Part shown: piece by piece, positions 58,577 to 64,000 of the stretch
Layout of the letters: each line of letters opens with the position of its first letter
Position numbering within the stretch: the stretch's first letter is position 1
Sequence record: PP968062.1
Source of the DNA: Pseudomonas phage HPP-Temi
Strand: one strand, 5' to 3'
DNA length: 64,000 bases
Translations under genes and position numbers: made by a program
The notes under the pieces: model-generated
The model's database searches: none
Told to the model about the DNA's origin: nothing
What the model saw: only the letters and a program-made list of their open reading frames with translations

Positions 58577-59524
58577 TTACAGAACGAAACCGTCATCAGA
58601 ACGGTTGTCATCGATATCAACGATTGCTGCACGCTGGGTATAGCGAACCTGCTGACGATGGTGTTCTTGTTTCTGATCCAGCAGCGATTTGATGCGTTCC
58701 TGAATACCTACCGAATTGATTACGAAGTGCAGCTGTTCAGACAGAGCATCTTCATCTTCCGGAGAGGCGATACCAACAGTGCGAACGAACGGGTTACCAT
58801 AGGCAACTTCTTTCGCGGCATCGGTGTACAGGGAAGCAACAGAGATCATCTCGGGAACTGCGGCAGCTTCCTGACGAGAAGTGTGGATGTGCAGTTCACA
58901 CAGTTGCGGCTGGATGTAGCTGTGCTTGTTGGTGAAACGAGCCCAGTGATCCAGGTCCAGAACATCCAGACGAGCGTGCTTCTGGTTGGACAGGTAGATC
59001 AGCGAGTGTACAGCGAACACTGCATCTTTGTCGATCTCGGAGTATGCGACGCCATTGACGTTCTCGATCGGACAGATGCTGATCGGAGTATTGGTTGCAG
59101 CAGCGATACCTTCCAGGGTCTTCATGGTGTCGATGTCGTTCTGAAGAACTTCAGTCGATTCAATACCACTGATGACCACAGCTACAACAGTCTCACCAGC
59201 TTTTGCCAGAGCCGATACCAGCAGCGGACCGAGAACCGAACCAGAACCACCACCCATGGAGAACAGAACAACGTTGAAGTCGCCTGCCGGGTAGCGTTCG
59301 AGGAAAGGAGCGATCTGATGACGAACCTTCGGCATGATGAATGCACGATTCTTACCTGCACCACGGGTACCCTCTGTCAGGTAGACGCGTTCAAGATCGT
59401 GATCAGCAGTCACGTTCTTATCGCAGGTATCGATGTACACCAGATCCGGATGCCATTGAAGGTTGACGCCAACGTTCAGACCAGCACCACCACAGCAGTA
59501 TACACGAGTTTTAACTTTAGTCAT
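58577..59524 (-). CDS. phuZ: PhuZ phage tubulin (TubZ/FtsZ superfamily)
   Basis: GGAGLNVG (tubulin GGGTGxG-like), DTCDKNV, GTRGAG, GGGSGSVLGPL, NDIDTMKTLE, CELHI, HFVINSVG and acidic C-terminal tail IDDNRSDDGFVL match PhuZ of 201phi2-1/phiKZ. Confidence 0.9.
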   Translation of the reverse strand: MTKVKTRVYCCGGAGLNVGVNLQWHPDLVYIDTCDKNVTADHDLERVYLTEGTRGAGKNRAFIMPKVRHQIAPFLERYPAGDFNVVLFSMGGGSGSVLGPLLVSALAKAGETVVAVVISGIESTEVLQNDIDTMKTLEGIAAATNTPISICPIENVNGVAYSEIDKDAVFAVHSLIYLSNQKHARLDVLDLDHWARFTNKHSYIQPQLCELHIHTSRQEAAAVPEMISVASLYTDAAKEVAYGNPFVRTVGIASPEDEDALSEQLHFVINSVGIQERIKSLLDQKQEHHRQQVRYTQRAAIVDIDDNRSDDGFVL

Positions 59525-59542
59525 TTCGATGTTTCCTCTTGA

Positions 59543-59845
59543 TTAACCTTCTACGATTGAAATCAGTTCGCCACGCTCAGCTTCGTTGAGCTGGGCAAAC
59601 AGGTATTCACCTACTTCAGCAGAGAGGGCTCCGAGTTGCCATTGAGCTTTCTCTTCATCGGTAGCTTGAGCAAACACTTCCGGATGGATTTCTTCCAAGA
59701 ATACCAGAGCGAGTTTATTGAACTGGCTCAGGGTATTGATGTTGAACTGGATAATGAACTTGTCGACTGCGCGCTTATCATCAAAGCAAACAGTCTTCGT
59801 GGTCATTCCAAAGTGAATGCTACCAAACTCTTCAATTTCACACAT
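59543..59845 (-). CDS. hypothetical protein (100 aa)
   Basis: ORF track. Confidence 0.55.
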   Translation of the reverse strand: MCEIEEFGSIHFGMTTKTVCFDDKRAVDKFIIQFNINTLSQFNKLALVFLEEIHPEVFAQATDEEKAQWQLGALSAEVGEYLFAQLNEAERGELISIVEG

Positions 59846-59868
59846 AGTAACCGTAACTCCGGTATTTG

Positions 59869-60633
59869 TTAGCTAAGAACTAACTCTTGGTCTTTGAACG
59901 AATTGAGATAGACTTTAACCTGAACATCGACTCCAAGATAGTAACCTACCATCAAGGTTACCGTACAGTTATCGTGAACCATGGTGTTAACAATGGATAC
60001 ATTGTCCAGATTAGCAAAATTCTTGATTGTCGGCGTTATCCGATAAATCTTCGGAATCGACTCGAAGTCAAACTCGTGTCTTTCGCTAACCTTCAGCGTA
60101 TTCAGATCCACGAACGTGATTGTCTTTGGACGACAATATTCATCAACTTCGACATGTTTAATCGCAGATGGCGTATTCTCAGGAACTAGAAGCTGATATA
60201 CACGATCATTACTGTAGAAAGTAATACGACCCATCTCTTGGTTCAGCCATTCAGTCGGCTTATAGAAACTAACTGAGTGCACCGCGGTATCAAAGCTCAT
60301 GGAGCTCTGTACATCGAAGAATACGTAGCCATCGGAGATCATGTGCTCTACCAGTTTCTGATAGTGCTCACCCAGACGGTGTAAAGTTTGGCGAGTAGCA
60401 ATAGAACCGAAGAACGCACCCAAGTTCTGGCGGGTATGCTCCAGGTTAGATTCACTCGGAGCGTAAGTCTCCTCGAACTCTTTCTTGGTAACGTTCCATT
60501 CGGAGATCTTCAGGAAGATGTCATTGGTAACAGGATGAACTGCACCAAAGGTGATTTCATCTACGTTTTCAATAACTAGGAAGTTTTTAAAGATCTCTTT
60601 GATCTTGGGGAACTCGGTTCCAATGGACTTCAT
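59869..60633 (-). CDS. hypothetical protein (254 aa)
   Basis: ORF track; GAGGAAAAGAA SD. Confidence 0.65.
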   Translation of the reverse strand: MKSIGTEFPKIKEIFKNFLVIENVDEITFGAVHPVTNDIFLKISEWNVTKKEFEETYAPSESNLEHTRQNLGAFFGSIATRQTLHRLGEHYQKLVEHMISDGYVFFDVQSSMSFDTAVHSVSFYKPTEWLNQEMGRITFYSNDRVYQLLVPENTPSAIKHVEVDEYCRPKTITFVDLNTLKVSERHEFDFESIPKIYRITPTIKNFANLDNVSIVNTMVHDNCTVTLMVGYYLGVDVQVKVYLNSFKDQELVLS

Positions 60634-60768
60634 TTCTTTTCCTCTTTGGGGTGTACCAGGAAGGTAAAGCCCGATCCATCATTGTGGATCACCAGTTCCA
60701 GAGTACCACCCGTGTTGATGGCATGTTGCATGAGACGGTTGTAATTGATTGCGCTCATTTGTATTTCC

Positions 60769-60990
60769 TCAGATGATGATTTCTGAAACGGGTACCACGC
60801 GAATATTCAATACAGTCGGAGATTGATGCTCGCGACTAACCGTTGCCATTATCACAGCGGGATAAGAGCAACGAATTGTGTTGGGGGAGATCATGTCCAC
60901 TTTGAATTTCTGGTACATGTGTTTGATAAGTTCATGGACATCGTCATCGTTTTTTACAAGGAACAAAGAATCGGGGATCAATGTTTTCAT
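60769..60990 (-). CDS. hypothetical small protein (73 aa)
   Basis: ORF track; early-type promoter 37 nt upstream. Confidence 0.45.
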   Translation of the reverse strand: MKTLIPDSLFLVKNDDDVHELIKHMYQKFKVDMISPNTIRCSYPAVIMATVSREHQSPTVLNIRVVPVSEIII

Positions 60991-61023
60991 TTTTGGTTTT
61001 CCAAGTTTTGGGATAGTATTCCT

Positions 61024-61054
61024 CTAGGTAATATAGATCTAAGATTATTTTTAC
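61024..61054 (-). promoter_or_regulatory. early-type promoter motif (minus: CCAATAGTAAAAATAATCTTAGATCTATATTACCTAG)
   Basis: Contains TATATTAC core. Confidence 0.6.
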
Positions 61055-61059
61055 TATTG

Positions 61060-61320
61060 GGTGGATGGGGCTTTGTAGCCCCACGACACCCTCTTCCAAG
61101 TTTTGCGACATAGTCGTTTTTTGTTTCCCTACCCCTGACTAAAGAATAAGGAAATTATATATGGGACCCCCCCAAAGGGTCCCCCCCACATATAATTACT
61201 ATTTATATAAAAATTCTTTTAGAAGAAAAAGCTTTGAATAATGAAAATACTCTTTATTAAAGAATTCTATTCTTCTACTACAAATTACTTATGCGCGGCC
61301 CGGCCCCGCGAAAAAGAAAA
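61060..61320. other. AT-rich, structured non-coding segment with C7 tracts and GC-clamp hairpins
   Basis: No ORF; two-tier hairpin GGGTG-GGGGCT-ttgt-AGCCCC-CACCC, GGGACCCCCCC-aaa-GGGTCCCCCCC, GCGCGGCCCGGCCCCGCG, about 80 percent AT between. Confidence 0.5.
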
Positions 61321-61331
61321 AAAGAAAGCAA

Positions 61332-61358
61332 CCCTCTCCCGAAGGAGAGGGCTTTATG
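61332..61358 (-). terminator. hairpin CCCTCTCC-cgaa-GGAGAGGG + CTTTATG; U-rich tail on minus RNA
   Basis: Same stem as 19697-19718. Confidence 0.75.
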
Positions 61359-61360
61359 CC

Positions 61361-62146
61361 TTAACGGTTACTTAGCTTGACCATGGAAACAAATTTATCA
61401 TCCCAGGTCAGTTTGTCCATGTCGAAGTAACGTTGAGGGTACATGGTGAAACCAACAGCCGTACCATGGTAGATGCTATCTGGATCATTCACAGCAATCA
61501 CAGTAGAACGAGTGTACTCACCTGCATAATTTTTCATTATGTGGACGAAGGACTTAATGTTCTTATTGCCTGTCAACCAAGTCATGCGACGCTGAGCTAC
61601 TTCAGCGAAACGAAGAACTTCAGAACGTACCCACTGAGGATAATGGGTAACGTTGTTGTTCTCTAGAGGAACGACACGATCGACATCTTCCTCAAGATCA
61701 CCGAAACTAAAACCGCTTACCAAACCAACGATCTGGAAAAAGACTGGCTTCTCTGCCATATCGGTGATGGTTTGATACATGCCGTTACTAGTACAGGCGA
61801 AGCCACGATCTGCAAACTCATCCATTATGTCGGTGTAAGCTCGCTGAATACGAGGTTCGATCCAGCAGCAACGGTCGACGTAATGTTTAATGAGAAGACC
61901 CTTGACGTGCTCTTTGTAACTTTCTTCATCGAACGAAGAGTTCAGGCCACGCACGTTCAGATAAGAACGATCACGTCCTTCAAACGTAAATGTAGGCTTA
62001 CTCCAGCCACTGTGGCTTTCAACGAACACACGGATGGTGTAGCTGTCCAGCGCGCCATTTCCGGTCACGTTGTACCAAATTGTGTCGAGGTGGTTCTTGG
62101 TTAAGCCGAGGTCGAGAGCATTGAAACTGAAATCGATGTCAGACAT
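61361..62146 (-). CDS. hypothetical protein (261 aa)
   Basis: ORF track; early-type promoter 34 nt upstream. Confidence 0.7.
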   Translation of the reverse strand: MSDIDFSFNALDLGLTKNHLDTIWYNVTGNGALDSYTIRVFVESHSGWSKPTFTFEGRDRSYLNVRGLNSSFDEESYKEHVKGLLIKHYVDRCCWIEPRIQRAYTDIMDEFADRGFACTSNGMYQTITDMAEKPVFFQIVGLVSGFSFGDLEEDVDRVVPLENNNVTHYPQWVRSEVLRFAEVAQRRMTWLTGNKNIKSFVHIMKNYAGEYTRSTVIAVNDPDSIYHGTAVGFTMYPQRYFDMDKLTWDDKFVSMVKLSNR

Positions 62147-62177
62147 TGTAGACTCCTGTTAGGGGATGGAATATCAC

Positions 62178-62205
62178 TACTGTAATGTAGATCTAAAAAC
62201 AAATA
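62178..62205 (-). promoter_or_regulatory. early-type promoter motif (minus: GTTTTTAGATCTACATTACAGTAGTG)
   Basis: Variant TACATTAC core. Confidence 0.5.
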
Positions 62206-62214
62206 CAACATAAA

Positions 62215-62232
62215 GCCTCCCCGAAGGGAGGC
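62215..62232 (-). terminator. hairpin GCCTCCC-cgaa-GGGAGGC
   Basis: 7-bp stem with CATAAAG 5' flank, 3' of 62240..62545. Confidence 0.6.
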
Positions 62233-62239
62233 GTTTATA

Positions 62240-62545
62240 TTACTCGATTTCAACCCAAGGGCGAAGATCCATTACGGTCGGAGCAGCTTTCTTGATGTAA
62301 GCCAGAATAGCAGCTTTATCAACAGTAGGCTTCAAAGCAATACCAATTACGATACTGTCTTTGTTACGAACTAGTTTACGGACCTGGTTGCTCTCCAGAC
62401 GCTGTTCTTCGAAGAACAGTTTACTGGGGAAGGGTAAGTCATAGGGAAGCTGGAAAAGCTTATGTAGGACCATTGGAACGGTTTCCAGAGGGGTACCTAG
62501 TTCAGCTTTGATTTCTTCCAGAGTAACTTCAAATTGCGTAGCCAT
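62240..62545 (-). CDS. hypothetical protein (101 aa)
   Basis: ORF track. Confidence 0.6.
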   Translation of the reverse strand: MATQFEVTLEEIKAELGTPLETVPMVLHKLFQLPYDLPFPSKLFFEEQRLESNQVRKLVRNKDSIVIGIALKPTVDKAAILAYIKKAAPTVMDLRPWVEIE

Positions 62546-62554
62546 ATCAAATCC

Positions 62555-63316
62555 TTAGATTGTGTAGTATTCGTGATAACGACGAAGCTTATCGTCATCC
62601 AGAGCGATCTCTTGATAACTGATAGTGATCTTCATGTGGTTCCACGGAGAACGGAATGCACGACCCGTTAGGGATACTTCACGATAGTCATTTACTTTTT
62701 CATCGACCACGGATTCCTCGAATACAACACCGAGCTTACCGAAACGTTTAATGAGCAGTTCAATGGACCGACCCAGTTCACCAGGAACATCAGGGAACTC
62801 AGTAGCAGATGCAATACGGGGCATTACTACCGGACCGTCTTCAACTTCGTAATTAACTTTGAATACAACTACGCCGAGATCGGTTTTGATGGGACGGAAA
62901 ATCCGATAGCCGTCTTTATTTAGACGCAGAGTGTAACCGTCATCAGGATATGCTTCTTGTAAAGCCTCTAGATGATCCTCCAGTGCACGAACGATACTCC
63001 GGTTGTACCGTAGCTCCCTTTCTCGGTAATCGCGTTCAAACGCTTCTTGGGGGCCTTCTTTTGTGAATTCTTTTACGACCGTATATTCGATTGTCTCACC
63101 AGTCAAGTGATCAGTGATAATAAACAAATAGGTCATCGCATCGACCAGAGAGTGTTGGACACTGTACCGTTTTACGTCACACGGGACTGCGTCTGCACGC
63201 TCTTCTTTGAGATAGTCAAACATGTCTTTGAGATGAGCCCATACGTCACAATTCGTACCGAGCCCATCGATGTCAATAGACGTATCTGGAACTTCTCTTT
63301 TAGCGCAGCAACTCAT
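62555..63316 (-). CDS. hypothetical protein
   Basis: ORF track 62555..63322 (GTG); ATG 63316 preceded by GAGGTG; hairpin+TATATGTCG about 50 nt upstream. Confidence 0.65.
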   Translation of the reverse strand: MSCCAKREVPDTSIDIDGLGTNCDVWAHLKDMFDYLKEERADAVPCDVKRYSVQHSLVDAMTYLFIITDHLTGETIEYTVVKEFTKEGPQEAFERDYRERELRYNRSIVRALEDHLEALQEAYPDDGYTLRLNKDGYRIFRPIKTDLGVVVFKVNYEVEDGPVVMPRIASATEFPDVPGELGRSIELLIKRFGKLGVVFEESVVDEKVNDYREVSLTGRAFRSPWNHMKITISYQEIALDDDKLRRYHEYYTI

Positions 63317-63364
63317 ACGCACCTCTATAATGGTATTTAGCTTTCACATGATAAAAGAAAAAGG

Positions 63365-63393
63365 CGACATATAGCCTCTCCCGAAGGAGAGGC
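63365..63393 (-). terminator. hairpin GCCTCTCC-cgaa-GGAGAGGC; minus strand reads hairpin-TATATGTCG
   Basis: 8-bp stem 3' of 63404..63829. Confidence 0.7.
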
Positions 63394-63403
63394 CAATGCC
63401 AGG

Positions 63404-63829
63404 TTAGGACTTCACCTGTTCATCCAGGGAAGCAAGAAACTTCTCCCAAGCGGGGTAAACCCCATCAAGGTAGTAGCTATTCTGAGTAGTCTTTTTCAGG
63501 GACTCTACGGAACATTCTTCAGGATCCCATTGATTATCGCCACCGCTACCAGGACTGAGTCCATAGCAGCTGCAATGTGAACCGTGGACTTCGTAGTACT
63601 TACCATCGCGCTCAAAGAGCACGAAGGCATGACCCGTGTAATCCTCGTATTCATACCACGCAAAAAGAATGGTAGCGTTATCAAGTTCACCGTTAATCAG
63701 GCCAAACTCAGAAATTACATCTTGCTCACTTTCAAAAATACCGAAGTACATGATTTCACCTTTATGTTGTCTTTGCGGAATGCAAACGCTTTGCATCGTT
63801 CGTGCAAGATAGACAACAGGGAAATCCAA
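63404..63829 (-). CDS. hypothetical protein (141 aa, Cys/His-containing)
   Basis: ORF track. Confidence 0.6.
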   Translation of the reverse strand: MDFPVVYLARTMQSVCIPQRQHKGEIMYFGIFESEQDVISEFGLINGELDNATILFAWYEYEDYTGHAFVLFERDGKYYEVHGSHCSCYGLSPGSGGDNQWDPEECSVESLKKTTQNSYYLDGVYPAWEKFLASLDEQVKS

Positions 63830-63856
63830 CCTGTATTAAATACTAGACATCAGTAT

Positions 63857-64000
63857 TTATTCATCATCAAATTCGATGACTAAACCAATTTTCTCGTAGA
63901 GTGAGATCGCTGCCTCATTCTCTTTGTGGACAACTACTTTCTTAGCTTGGGTGTACCGTACCAGCTGTTCGCCATATCCCATGCCTTGAGCTGACTCTGC
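63857..64000 (-). CDS. C-terminal fragment of a gene starting beyond window end; GNAT acetyltransferase-like tail
   Basis: Open minus frame to window edge ending ...ISLYEKIGLVIEFDDE-stop. Confidence 0.3.
   Translation of the reverse strand, partial: AESAQGMGYGEQLVRYTQAKKVVVHKENEAAISLYEKIGLVIEFDDE

Noticed and set aside
61154-61184. C7 homopolymer tracts as programmed frameshift sites
   Set aside because: They lie in an ORF-free intergenic region, so they cannot act in translation. They are retained as structural or phase-variable DNA features only.
1-64000. tRNA, rRNA and CRISPR content
   Set aside because: No T-loop GTTCGAATC-type cloverleaf candidates, no 16S or 23S-like conserved blocks, and no regularly spaced direct repeats were seen. 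Repeats present are hairpin terminators and promoters.

Overview
This 64 kb window reads as a contiguous segment of a phiKZ-like (Chimalliviridae) jumbo phage genome. The genes are densely packed, mostly on the minus strand, and nearly every gene is followed by its own GC-rich hairpin terminator.

Identified by motif:
- PhuZ phage tubulin (58577-59524).
- Split multisubunit RNA polymerase pieces: beta' N-terminal with NADFDGD (37794-39260), two paralogous beta' C-terminal pieces (14702-16045, 22947-24920) and a beta piece (24947-27058).
- A family-B DNA polymerase encoded in two separate genes: an exonuclease part with Exo I/II/III motifs (8401-10113, plus strand) and a polymerase part with KxxxNSxYG and DTDS motifs (46437-48617, minus strand).
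- SF2 helicase, HExxH metallopeptidase, metallophosphoesterase.
- An SSB-like protein ending ...FDDSIPDF.
- A 621-aa early gene immediately upstream of the beta' N-terminal gene, which I call a chimallin (phage-nucleus shell) candidate on synteny.

Most notable finding: a group I self-splicing intron core with canonical P/Q/R/S elements (about 11500-11780) sits immediately downstream of an AT-rich HNH homing-endonuclease ORF (10163-11497), right after the DNA polymerase exonuclease gene.

Recurrent regulatory elements:
- A conserved early-promoter-like motif, AAAAAWWATCTNAGATCTATATTACAG on the minus strand (7 copies), each 28-68 nt upstream of a minus-strand start codon.
- More than 20 hairpins, mostly with a CGAA loop that reads C(UUCG)G on minus-strand RNA, flanked outward by WWTATG(T/C)(C/T)G. 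These look like terminator plus late-promoter (TATG) modules.

Other items: a cluster of six small transmembrane proteins, a Met/Gln-rich low-complexity tail, a shared MFESLL N-terminus in two proteins, and an AT-rich structured ORF-free segment with C7 tracts at 61060-61320. No rRNA, tRNA or CRISPR array was seen by eye.
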